This document shows positions 7,878 through 16,863 of a stretch of DNA of 64,000 nt, in pieces (within the stretch, counting starts at the first letter, position 1; each line of letters begins with the position of its first letter). The DNA comes from a virus. Under the pieces are notes generated by a model. The model had not been told where the DNA came from. It was given only the letters and a program-made list of their open reading frames with translations, and ran no database searches. The DNA is taken from IMG/VR virus record IMGVR_UViG_3300032805_000004, positions 14,256 through 78,255 of that record; one strand, written 5' to 3'. The position numbers and the translations under genes are program-made.

Positions 7878-10595
7878 CTAGGGGAGTCCGAGGAGCCGCT
7901 GGATCGCCTTGTAGGCGTTTTCGCGGGTCGCCGGGTCCGGGTCGGTGCGCCACGTCTGGGTGAGGTCGTTCAGCAGCGTCCCTTGTGCGGTGGACGCTGC
8001 TTTCTGGACCGCGCTGGCAGGCTCCGCCTGGGCACGCGCGGGCGGGTAGCCGGACATGAGTCCCTTGAATGGGGGGTCTCGCGGGTCCGGCATGCGTGCC
8101 ATTTCCTCGACCTGGGCCCGGAGTTCGTCGTAGTCGCGCCGCGACTTTTCGAGCTGGGCGTGCAGATCACCGATCTGCTTGGTGAGGTCTGGGCTGGTGA
8201 TGGTGTTGCCGACCGCCGCCTTGTTGACGGTGGAAGTTTTGTCGGTCCCGGCCTGTGGTGGTGGGACTGGCTCGGGTTCGGCTGTCTTAGTCACATCCGG
8301 TTCGGGCTGGGCCGCGGGCGGCTGGGCCGTCTTGCCGGACATGGGGCACAGGTCGGGGAACGTCTGCGCGATGTGGTCGTGCATGGACTGCATCGCGCTG
8401 CGGGCCGAGTCGCGGGTGGCGTTCGTGTAGAAGGTGCGGCCTGGGCGTCCCGTCGCCGCGGGCGGCGTGACTTTGTCGTTGGAGCCCTCGTCGCTGGACG
8501 GGGACGGCCGTTCGTGGCCGGCGGTGACCGGGCCGCGGTTGTAGTCACCCGCGTCCGGCCTGGTCGTCGGAACTTTCACGTCCGGTTTGCCGACGGTGTA
8601 GCCGGTGGAGGGCCGTTCATGCCCGGCGGTGAGCAGCGGCCGGTTGTACCGCCCGGCCTGCATGTCCCCTGGTGTCAGCGGTGAACCGGGGCCGGGGTTG
8701 GCGTCCTGGAACGCCTTGTGGAGCTCGTCGTGGACGCGGGCCAGCTCATCCGGGCTGGCCTCTTTCAGGGTTTCGGCGTGCCGCCACAGATCGGTCGCGT
8801 GGCGGGCTTCGTCGATGGGTGCCCCGGCGGCCTTGTCGACTGCGCGGTCCCGCCAGTAGCTGATGTCGACGGCGTCGCGGACGTCGGCGAGCCACGGGTA
8901 GGTGTCGCCGAGGGTTTTCGCTGAGTAGGCGGGGCAGAGCAGGTCGTGGAGGATCGCTTCGCCGGGGTGGGCGCCGGTGGCGGCGCGGCGGCGGGCGGCT
9001 TTCACCTCGAGCGGCGCGTCGGGGACGGTCGGCAGCCCGGCGTCGTGTTCGAGTGCTTCGATGGCGGGGCCGTCGGGTTCGCGGTGTTCCGGTACCGGAT
9101 CGACGTTGATGCCCATTGCGTCGTCGCCGGGGGTGGGCTTGGCGGTCTTCTCTACGGCAGGGAGTTTCTTCCCGCAGTTCTCGCAGAATCTCGCCGGCGA
9201 GTCGGAGTGGTAGTTTTTCCCGCAGCCGTGGCAGGCTTTGCCGCCGGATTTGAACGCGGCCTGCGGCAGGCTGCCGCCCACCTGCTTCTTCGTGGTCTCT
9301 TCCTCGCCGGGGCCGCCGGGAGTGATGGCGCCGTCGCCGGCGCAGTCGGGGCATCTGCGGTTGCCGGCGAGGATTTTGCCGGAGCCCTTGCATGTCTTGC
9401 ACTTCGTACCGGCCGTTTTGACCGCTGCGGCGCCCTTGGCTGCTTTGCGGGCGGCCTTGGCGGCCTTCTTCCCGGCCATCTCGTCCCGCCATGCCTGCGG
9501 CAGCTCCGCCACAAACGACGGGCCTTTCCGCTTGGCGATGCGGATGATGTTCGACTTCAGTTTGTCTGAGCTGAAATTGTCTGCGCCTGCGCGGCCGATG
9601 GATGATGCGGCATCGGACACGTCGCCGGGTGTGACGATCGGGAAGGACCGGTTTTTCCCGGCGAAGTCCTCGGCGGGGATCTTGTCGCGGTCTACGCCGC
9701 CTCCGACGTCGGGGTCCATCTTGCGTTTGCTGATGCTGGGGGCGCCGCCGGTTTTGCCTACTTGTTCGTCGGCGTCGTCGGCTTCGATTTCGGCGTCGCT
9801 GGCCTCGGCGTCCTTCTGCTCACCCGAGTCGTCGCCGGATGCCCCATCCCCATCGTCTCCGTCATCGTCCCCGTCGTCCCCGTCGTCCCCGTTTCCATCC
9901 CCGTCGTTGTCATCACCGGCCTTACCGTTGCTACCGTTGCTGCTACCGCCTTTCTCCAGCTCGGCGCGCAGCCGCAGCAGTTTCGCCATGTCCGCCGGGG
10001 TGAACGTCACCGTCCCCGTGATCCCGCCGTCGTCTGGTGCGGCGGCCTTCGCGAGGAAATCCTCCGCGCCGAACACCTTCCCCGTCAGCTCCGCCGTCCC
10101 ATCCGCAGCCGACTTCACCAGCTGGATGGAGCAGTTACCATTCGCCGGCCGGTCCACCAAGCTGAGCTCAGACAGCACCCCGCCTTTGATCAGGCCACCG
10201 CGGGCCTTACCGGTGATATCCCGTTCAATCACCGGCCGGGAGATCCCCACGCTGTAGGCGCGCAGTACCCCTTTCTCGACGAGACGCTTCGCTACGGGTT
10301 CGACGATGAGGGCCTTGACGTAGTGACCGTCCTCGGTGAACTCAACACCGACGCCTTTACCGGCCGGGTCGCGCTGCGCCTGATGCTGGACGCGGACGTT
10401 CCCGCCTGTCTCCAGCCAGTCGGCGAGCGCTTTCCGGGACCAGGCCGGGTCCACGATTTGCTCATCGCTGTCCACGGTCCCGTCTGTAGCGCGGCCAAAG
10501 ACCAGGAGATCCCCGTCTGCGTCCTTCTCGAATTTTTCGATGGGGAAGTGGGCGTAGGTGAGCAGATCGCTGTCAGCGGTCATTGTGGCGGCCAC
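7878..10595 (-). CDS. Prohead protease fused to scaffold/accessory modules (start GTG 10595 or ATG 10583)
   Basis: VFGRAT..VDSDEQIVD..VRVQH..AYSVGI..LSELSLVDRPAN protease motifs; acidic linker; CxxC zinc fingers; coiled-coil near C-terminus; AGGAGG SD. Confidence 0.85.
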   Translation of the reverse strand: MAATMTADSDLLTYAHFPIEKFEKDADGDLLVFGRATDGTVDSDEQIVDPAWSRKALADWLETGGNVRVQHQAQRDPAGKGVGVEFTEDGHYVKALIVEPVAKRLVEKGVLRAYSVGISRPVIERDITGKARGGLIKGGVLSELSLVDRPANGNCSIQLVKSAADGTAELTGKVFGAEDFLAKAAAPDDGGITGTVTFTPADMAKLLRLRAELEKGGSSNGSNGKAGDDNDGDGNGDDGDDGDDDGDDGDGASGDDSGEQKDAEASDAEIEADDADEQVGKTGGAPSISKRKMDPDVGGGVDRDKIPAEDFAGKNRSFPIVTPGDVSDAASSIGRAGADNFSSDKLKSNIIRIAKRKGPSFVAELPQAWRDEMAGKKAAKAARKAAKGAAAVKTAGTKCKTCKGSGKILAGNRRCPDCAGDGAITPGGPGEEETTKKQVGGSLPQAAFKSGGKACHGCGKNYHSDSPARFCENCGKKLPAVEKTAKPTPGDDAMGINVDPVPEHREPDGPAIEALEHDAGLPTVPDAPLEVKAARRRAATGAHPGEAILHDLLCPAYSAKTLGDTYPWLADVRDAVDISYWRDRAVDKAAGAPIDEARHATDLWRHAETLKEASPDELARVHDELHKAFQDANPGPGSPLTPGDMQAGRYNRPLLTAGHERPSTGYTVGKPDVKVPTTRPDAGDYNRGPVTAGHERPSPSSDEGSNDKVTPPAATGRPGRTFYTNATRDSARSAMQSMHDHIAQTFPDLCPMSGKTAQPPAAQPEPDVTKTAEPEPVPPPQAGTDKTSTVNKAAVGNTITSPDLTKQIGDLHAQLEKSRRDYDELRAQVEEMARMPDPRDPPFKGLMSGYPPARAQAEPASAVQKAASTAQGTLLNDLTQTWRTDPDPATRENAYKAIQRLLGLP

Positions 10596-10633
10596 ACGCC
10601 TCCTAGGCGGGGATGACGGACAGTGGAAGGTGT

Positions 10634-13600
10634 TCAGGCGGGCCGCAGGAGGACCGCGGGTTGCTGCGTGATGAGCTGCTGCCCCGGCGGGTCGATGTGC
10701 GCGGGGGCAGCAGGGGCGATACGCCCTGGTGGGGTGACATCGACGCCCATAGGTGGTGCGAAGACGACGTCGATGGTCATCGGTGCCGCCGGGTTGATGA
10801 CGATGGTCATCGGTGCTGCGGGTGCGGCGAGAACCGTGACGGGTGGCGGCACCGCCGCCGGCGGCGGCGGTGGCAGGTTGACCGGGCCGGTGATGCCGTG
10901 CGGGATGGTGACCCCGCGTGCGGGTGGCGACTGGAACCTGATGATCGGGACCGTCGGCTGCGGCGTGCCCAGCGGCGGCGGTGGTGTGACGACCCGGGAG
11001 GCGAACCCGCGCCACAGAACCCGGTGCGGGGCTGGCCGGATCGCCTGCGGCGGCAGCGGCCGGTGCAGTACCGGGAGGCTGCCGAGCGGGGTGACGATCG
11101 CAGATGCGATCCCTGCGGCGATCTGGCCGCGTGGGCCGACCTGTGCCCGCGCCGGACTGGGCCGTTTAACCTGCGGCGCGGGCCGCTGGTAGGCGGTGAC
11201 AACGGGTGGCGCCGGCGGCAGGTTGGTCGGGCCGTGAACAGGGCGGGGGCCTGTGTGGGCGCGTGCCGGTGGTGGTGGCCGGTATTCGACGATCGGGACG
11301 GTTGGCTGCGGCGCGCCCAGTACCGGGGGTTTGGCGACGGCCAAACCGTGCCAGATAGCCCGTGCCGGGGTGGGACGCCGGATCTGCGGTGCGATGCGCT
11401 GGTAGGCGGTGACCGGGATGGGCGGCGGGGCGGCGGGGCCGGCGGCTCCGTACCACAAGACGCGCCGTGGCGGCGGCGGCCGGTATTCGACAACCGGGAC
11501 AGTGGGCTGGGGTGTGCCGAGCGCGCGGAGTATGTAGGAGGCGATGCCACCTGCGGTGCTCCCGTGCCCGACCCAGGCGCGGGCCGGGGCCGGGCGGCGG
11601 ATCTGCGGTGCGATGCGCTGGTAGGCGGTGACAACCGGCGGTACCGGGGTGACGATCCGGGATGCGACACCGCCGGCCAGGGCTCCCCGCGGGCCGAGGC
11701 ATGCGCGGTGCGGTGCGGGACGCTTGACCTGGACCGGTGGGCGCCGGTAGGCGGTGACGACCGGTATGAACGGCGGCGCAGACCCCGCGAGGCCGCCCCG
11801 CAGTCCACGGGGGACACGTACCGGCGGCCGGTATTCGACCACCGGGACTGTGGGCTGGGGGACGCCGGGGGGGATCGGGGGGTAGACGAGGGACCGCTGG
11901 ATGTGCCCGGCGCGCAGGAAGACGACGCGGACACCGGCTGGCTGCGGAAGCCCGGGTGTGACGGCCGGCTGGTAGGGCGAAACGGCGGAGGTGAATACCC
12001 GGCCGTAGCGGCTGAGCGGCCCTCCGCTGCCGCCGGTAGCTGCGGGTGCGGCGGCAGCGGCACCGGATGCGGGCAGCGGCGAGACGGGCAGCCGGGCGGT
12101 GACCGGGCCATGGAGCGGGTAGAACTGTGGCCCGGCTGTACCTGGGGGCAGGTTGGTGAGGCCGCGGACGCCGCCGGCGACTGGGTTGTGGCCGGTCCAT
12201 GCGCGGGTGATCTTCGGCGGGAACTGCGGGATCTTGCGCGCTGGCGGGGTCGACCCGAGTGGGGTGACAATCCGTGACGCGATACCGGCGCCCAGCGCGT
12301 CCCGGGCACCGGTTCTGGCGCGTGCGGGGGCAGGGCTGCGGAAGATGAACGGGTACGGGCGGGCTGGTGTTCCGTACGGGGATGGGTTGACCAGCCCTAT
12401 CTGGCCGGCGCCGACGGTACGCCGCCCGGCGGTAGCGCGCGTGGTTTTCGGCGGGAAGATCGGGACTTTCCGCGCGGGCGGGATCTGCCCTAGCGGGGTA
12501 ATGATCTGCGAGGCGTAACCGGTGGCGGGCAGGCCGCGGGGGCCGAGGTGCGCCCGCGCGGGTGCGGGACGCTTGACCTGGACCGGTGGCCGCTGGTAGG
12601 CGGTGACGACCGGTGGCAGGTTCTGGGTGGCGAGCCCGCGCCACAGGATCCGGTGCGGCGGGTGCTGGATGACCGGCCGGGGTGGCGGCTTCGGGGCGCT
12701 GCCCAGCGGGGTGGCAACCGCAGAGGCGATACCGGACGCTGCCAGGCCACGCGGGCCGAGCCTGCCACGCGCCGGGGCGGGGGACCGGAAGACGAACGGC
12801 TTCGGCCGTGACGGTGTCCCAAGCGGCGGTGTGACGGCTGTGGCGGCGATACCGCCCGCGACCACACCACGGCCGATCCGGGCACGTGCCGGTATGACGG
12901 ACCGGAAGACGATCGGTGAGATGAACGGCTGCGGGTAACCCAGCGGGGTGACGATCTGCGACGCGAGACCATCGCCGCATGCCAGGTTGCTGCCGAGCCG
13001 GGCACGGGCGGCCGGCGGGGACCGGAATATGAACGGGTGTGTCCGCAGCGCCGCCACAGCCGACGGGTAGTTTCGGGTGGCGACGCCGCGCCACAGCACC
13101 CGCCGTGGGGGCAGATGCTGGATGACGGGCCGTGGGGCAGGCTGCGACGGTGAACCAAGCGGGGTCGAAACCGCGCTTGCGACACCGCCCGCAGCCTGAC
13201 CACGCAGGCCAAGCCGTGCCCTCGCCGGGGGGACGTGGACGAAGACGGGGCGGGGCGGTGGCTGCTGCCGGAACCCGAGCGGGGTGACAATCTGGGATGC
13301 GACCCCGGCGGCGAGGAATGTGCCGGGGCCGATCTTTGCCCGGTGCGGCGGCAGGTGAACGATGACCGGACGCGGCGCAGGCTGCGGCGGGTAGCCCAGC
13401 GGTGTCACAACATGGGATGCGACACCTGCTGCAACTGTTCCGCGTGGCCCGCAGCGGGCACGAGCAGGCGCCGGGCTGCGGAACACGAACGGTTTCGGCG
13501 TTGCAGCCGCGCCGAGCGGGGTCTGCACCCCGCTGCGGCCAGCGCCCACCGCCCGCGCCAGCGGCCCGACCTGGCCTAGCTGCGAGACCGGGCGACGTAC

Positions 13601-14002
13601 CTGCGGCGACGGCCGCTGGTAAGCGGTGACGACAGCGAATACGGGGAACGGGGCTGCGATACCGCCGCCGATGGTGCGGCTACGCGGTCCCAGCCGGGCC
13701 CGTGGCCGGGTCTGCAGCAGCGGGCGCCAGATGAACGGCTTCGGCCGCGACGGTGAGCCGAGTGGGGTGCTGATCGGGGATGCGACACCGCCGCCGGTGC
13801 GGCCGTAGCCGGTTACCGCGCGGGGCGCTGGGCGCCGTGTCCGCAGCGCTGGCGACACCGACTGGATCGTGATCGCCGGAACCGCCGGTTTGTAGACGGC
13901 GACACCGCCACCGCATTGGAACCTGCCGCCGACCTTCGCCCGGGAACGTTTCGGCCGGGTGACATACAGCGGCGCTAGTGACAGCGGGTCGCCAGCGGCC
14001 AT
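10634..14002 (-). CDS. 1122-aa Pro/Arg-rich repeat protein, putative virion component
   Basis: Many degenerate repeats of P.PARARxGxRG..AxGxASxIVTPLGxP and VTAYQR; almost no acidic residues. Confidence 0.7.
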   Translation of the reverse strand: MAAGDPLSLAPLYVTRPKRSRAKVGGRFQCGGGVAVYKPAVPAITIQSVSPALRTRRPAPRAVTGYGRTGGGVASPISTPLGSPSRPKPFIWRPLLQTRPRARLGPRSRTIGGGIAAPFPVFAVVTAYQRPSPQVRRPVSQLGQVGPLARAVGAGRSGVQTPLGAAATPKPFVFRSPAPARARCGPRGTVAAGVASHVVTPLGYPPQPAPRPVIVHLPPHRAKIGPGTFLAAGVASQIVTPLGFRQQPPPRPVFVHVPPARARLGLRGQAAGGVASAVSTPLGSPSQPAPRPVIQHLPPRRVLWRGVATRNYPSAVAALRTHPFIFRSPPAARARLGSNLACGDGLASQIVTPLGYPQPFISPIVFRSVIPARARIGRGVVAGGIAATAVTPPLGTPSRPKPFVFRSPAPARGRLGPRGLAASGIASAVATPLGSAPKPPPRPVIQHPPHRILWRGLATQNLPPVVTAYQRPPVQVKRPAPARAHLGPRGLPATGYASQIITPLGQIPPARKVPIFPPKTTRATAGRRTVGAGQIGLVNPSPYGTPARPYPFIFRSPAPARARTGARDALGAGIASRIVTPLGSTPPARKIPQFPPKITRAWTGHNPVAGGVRGLTNLPPGTAGPQFYPLHGPVTARLPVSPLPASGAAAAAPAATGGSGGPLSRYGRVFTSAVSPYQPAVTPGLPQPAGVRVVFLRAGHIQRSLVYPPIPPGVPQPTVPVVEYRPPVRVPRGLRGGLAGSAPPFIPVVTAYRRPPVQVKRPAPHRACLGPRGALAGGVASRIVTPVPPVVTAYQRIAPQIRRPAPARAWVGHGSTAGGIASYILRALGTPQPTVPVVEYRPPPPRRVLWYGAAGPAAPPPIPVTAYQRIAPQIRRPTPARAIWHGLAVAKPPVLGAPQPTVPIVEYRPPPPARAHTGPRPVHGPTNLPPAPPVVTAYQRPAPQVKRPSPARAQVGPRGQIAAGIASAIVTPLGSLPVLHRPLPPQAIRPAPHRVLWRGFASRVVTPPPPLGTPQPTVPIIRFQSPPARGVTIPHGITGPVNLPPPPPAAVPPPVTVLAAPAAPMTIVINPAAPMTIDVVFAPPMGVDVTPPGRIAPAAPAHIDPPGQQLITQQPAVLLRPA

Positions 14003-14035
14003 ACCTGCGCCCCCTCCCGCCCGGCTAGCGGGGGG

Positions 14036-15457
14036 TCATCTCCACATCGAGATCCCGCGTGTCATCGTCGTCACCGACGCCGCCGGGGCTGCGGTCGTGG
14101 AGAAGACGGCGACAAGCGCGGCCCCGTAGGCGGTGGTATCGGTGGAGAACTGGCCCTTGTCGTTGAGCGTCGCGCCGGAAGGCGGGCTGGCTGCCACACC
14201 GATGTAGGTCTGGCACACCGATGACACGTTGTTCCCGGACAGCAGCGCACCGAAGTAGCCCCCGGTGCCTGAGTCGGTCCATCCCCAGATACCCGCCGCC
14301 CGTTCCTGGCAGAACACGGCGATAGCGAACTCGCCGGCCGCTGCGACGTTGCCGGTGGTGGTGGCGGTGAACGTGGCCGCAGCCAGCGTGGCGGTTGAGC
14401 TGCCGGAGGCGAACACGCCGGACGTGTCGATCGGGGTGGTCGTGTTCGCGGCGGTGAGCTCGAGCAGCATGCAGTCCATCGCCCCGGTGCCGGACAGGGT
14501 CGAGGTGAAGGTAGGTGCCGCGTCGTTGCCAAGGGCTGTCAGTGTCCAGATGGCGGCGCGGGCGTGCGCGGTCGTGGAGTTGGGTTCCTCGATGCCGTGA
14601 CCGGCGGCCTGTGACCAGCTTGACGAGGTGGCCGTGGCGGTGCAGCTGGTGGCGGCGGCTACGGTGACGGCGGCGACTAGCAGGTTCCCGGCTGTGGTGG
14701 TGTGCCCGGCCCAGGAGCCGGTGACGCTGCCGGAGGTGGCGTGCACGTTGACCGGAAGGTTCGCCACGGTGATGCCGGTACTCGCAGCCGGTACGGTAGC
14801 GGTCCACACGGACGCTGCCTGGTCGACGGCGGTGCTCGGGGCGACGGCACGCTGGGTCCAGGTGAGGCCGCCGCCGCTGACCGTGGTGGTGATACCGGAA
14901 CCGCCGCCGGAGCCGCCGACCACGACCATCGCGACGATAACCGATCCGGCCGGGGGCAGGAACGTCGCGGTGGTGATGGACACCGAGCTGCCGTTGCTGG
15001 CTAGCGCCGGGGATGATGCGTCGACTACCGGGGTAGACGCGCCGGATGGGGGGACTTCGTAGACGGCCCAGCTGGACTGGTCCGGGCTGCCGATGTTAGC
15101 GGACGCCCCGCAGGTGATGGGGGTACTCGCCGTGACGGTACCGGAGTAGTACCCGGAGCCGTATGCCCAGGTGTCGGTGGTGTTACCAAGATTCTGGTAG
15201 GCGGTGTTGTTCGCGGCGATGGTGAACGAGGGGGTGGCGCTTATGTTGTCTGCTGAGATCGCCCACACTGGCAGCGAGTTCGTGAAGTTCGGGGTGATAG
15301 TTCCTTGCGGTGCGGCGCCGGTGAGGGAAACCCCGGACGTGGAGGCCCCCCCGGCCTCGGTGGCTCCGGTCAGCACCCGCACCTCAAGGTAGACGCCTTT
15401 GTTGGCGCTGCTGCCGCTTTCAGCGGCGGTGACAGCCATGACCGTTGAGAAGCTCAC
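14036..15457 (-). CDS. Thr/Ser/Ala-rich putative virion structural protein
   Basis: Beta-rich composition; N-terminal domain paralogous to 18591..19394 (DASSP...TTAxFxPPxG). Confidence 0.65.
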   Translation of the reverse strand: MSFSTVMAVTAAESGSSANKGVYLEVRVLTGATEAGGASTSGVSLTGAAPQGTITPNFTNSLPVWAISADNISATPSFTIAANNTAYQNLGNTTDTWAYGSGYYSGTVTASTPITCGASANIGSPDQSSWAVYEVPPSGASTPVVDASSPALASNGSSVSITTATFLPPAGSVIVAMVVVGGSGGGSGITTTVSGGGLTWTQRAVAPSTAVDQAASVWTATVPAASTGITVANLPVNVHATSGSVTGSWAGHTTTAGNLLVAAVTVAAATSCTATATSSSWSQAAGHGIEEPNSTTAHARAAIWTLTALGNDAAPTFTSTLSGTGAMDCMLLELTAANTTTPIDTSGVFASGSSTATLAAATFTATTTGNVAAAGEFAIAVFCQERAAGIWGWTDSGTGGYFGALLSGNNVSSVCQTYIGVAASPPSGATLNDKGQFSTDTTAYGAALVAVFSTTAAPAASVTTMTRGISMWR

Positions 15458-15471
15458 GCCGTCACCTTCAT

Positions 15472-16860
15472 CTAAGGTCCCCGCAGCACAAGAAGCCAGT
15501 CGGCCTCGCCCAGCGAGTTGGTGCCGGGATGGTTGTAGGTGGGTGCGATCGTCGCCGCTGTTGTCGCGCCGCTGACCGGGTCGATCCAGTGGGCGGTGTA
15601 GCCGCTGACCATCAGCGCCCCGTTGACGGTGATCGTCGCATTCGACGGGATGTAGATCACCGCGAGGGTGCCGCCAGGTGTGATACTCGCCGTCACGTAC
15701 GTATTGCCGCCGGTGTACTGGGTTCCGGCGCCGCCGGACTGGATCTGCGGGGCGTGGGTGCCCCGCCCGGCGGTCACCAGCGTGCTGCCGGTGTCTGGTA
15801 CCAGCAGATGCCAGCCGGGCAGCGCACCGAACGTATTCCAGATGATGTTCAGGTCCGAGTTGTCGAACTCGTTATTCGTCAAGTTCGCCAGCGCACTCGT
15901 GTCCCAGCCGTAGATGGACTCACGGCCATACAGGAAACCCCGCGACCCCGAGCTCAGCGACCACCACTGCAGGATCCGGTTGAAGTCGCGGTACGTGTTG
16001 TCGCCGCCGTTGCCCTGGTCGTAGTAGCCGTCGGAGTGCAGCACCGTGATAGGTGACGCTTCCGTATAGGCGTATTCGAGGACGTCATAGCCGACATTGT
16101 AGGAGTAGCAGAAGTTGAAGTTCGCATACGCAGTACCCAGCGCAAACACCGAGTTGTTGTAGCAGTCGAACCGGCTCGTTGATTCGTCGTAGTTTTCAAC
16201 CGACACAAGATGTGTGTCACCAGTGTTTTTGATACCGGTAAGCAGCGCACCCAACTGGGTGTCATAGGTCCCGAAGTAATCTTCACCGACCGTCCAGATA
16301 ATGTTCGGGTAGCCTTTGTACCGGTTCCCGAGCGCGGTGCCGTAGTTGGTGAACTGGCCGGTGGTCTTGTTGTACAGCGCCCCGCCGGAGTCGTCTAGTG
16401 ACGTGGTGGTCCCGACGTTCATGAACACGGTCATGCCGTTGTTGCGAGCTGATGTCAGCAGGTAGTCGACCCGCGCCCAGTAGGCGTTTGTGAGCGTCCC
16501 CGGGTCCCCGCCAACGAACGGGAGGATCCCATCCCACGTTTCGCCGTTGACGTTCACGCCGCCGTGGACCGTGGTCGGCGGAACCGCTATCTCCGTGGCG
16601 TTGAAACCTTGTGAGGCGCGGATCGACATGTAGTTGTCGATGTCCGACTGCCAGGTGACCGAACCCCCCGCAGCGCCGGCGTTGACCGGCAGTGCCCAGA
16701 CTGTGTCGGACCGGACCATTATCGGGTTGCTGTTGGCGTCGGTGAAGTATTTCGCCGCACCAGACCCCGCAGTCCCGGTGATAAACGACGGGCCGCTCAC
16801 ACCCTGCGGGGAGGCAGTGTTCACCGATGCGACCCAGGCCGGGTTCACTATTGGGCGCAT
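15472..16860 (-). CDS. DUF4038/GH140-like glycoside hydrolase domain protein, copy 1
   Basis: YFTDANSNPIMVRSDTVW, RASQGFN, YWARVDYLL, LGNRYK..PNIIW, C-terminal W.DP..G and DWLLVL. Confidence 0.7.
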   Translation of the reverse strand: MRPIVNPAWVASVNTASPQGVSGPSFITGTAGSGAAKYFTDANSNPIMVRSDTVWALPVNAGAAGGSVTWQSDIDNYMSIRASQGFNATEIAVPPTTVHGGVNVNGETWDGILPFVGGDPGTLTNAYWARVDYLLTSARNNGMTVFMNVGTTTSLDDSGGALYNKTTGQFTNYGTALGNRYKGYPNIIWTVGEDYFGTYDTQLGALLTGIKNTGDTHLVSVENYDESTSRFDCYNNSVFALGTAYANFNFCYSYNVGYDVLEYAYTEASPITVLHSDGYYDQGNGGDNTYRDFNRILQWWSLSSGSRGFLYGRESIYGWDTSALANLTNNEFDNSDLNIIWNTFGALPGWHLLVPDTGSTLVTAGRGTHAPQIQSGGAGTQYTGGNTYVTASITPGGTLAVIYIPSNATITVNGALMVSGYTAHWIDPVSGATTAATIAPTYNHPGTNSLGEADWLLVLRGP

Positions 16861-16863
16861 GGT

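Noticed and set aside
10596-11015. Upstream extension of the 1045-aa protease ORF
   Set aside because: Overlaps the repeat protein in another frame; a clear SD and start lie at 10595/10583.
10613-13290. Long alternative-frame ORFs over the Pro/Arg repeat gene
   Set aside because: Expected in GC-rich repetitive DNA; no motifs.
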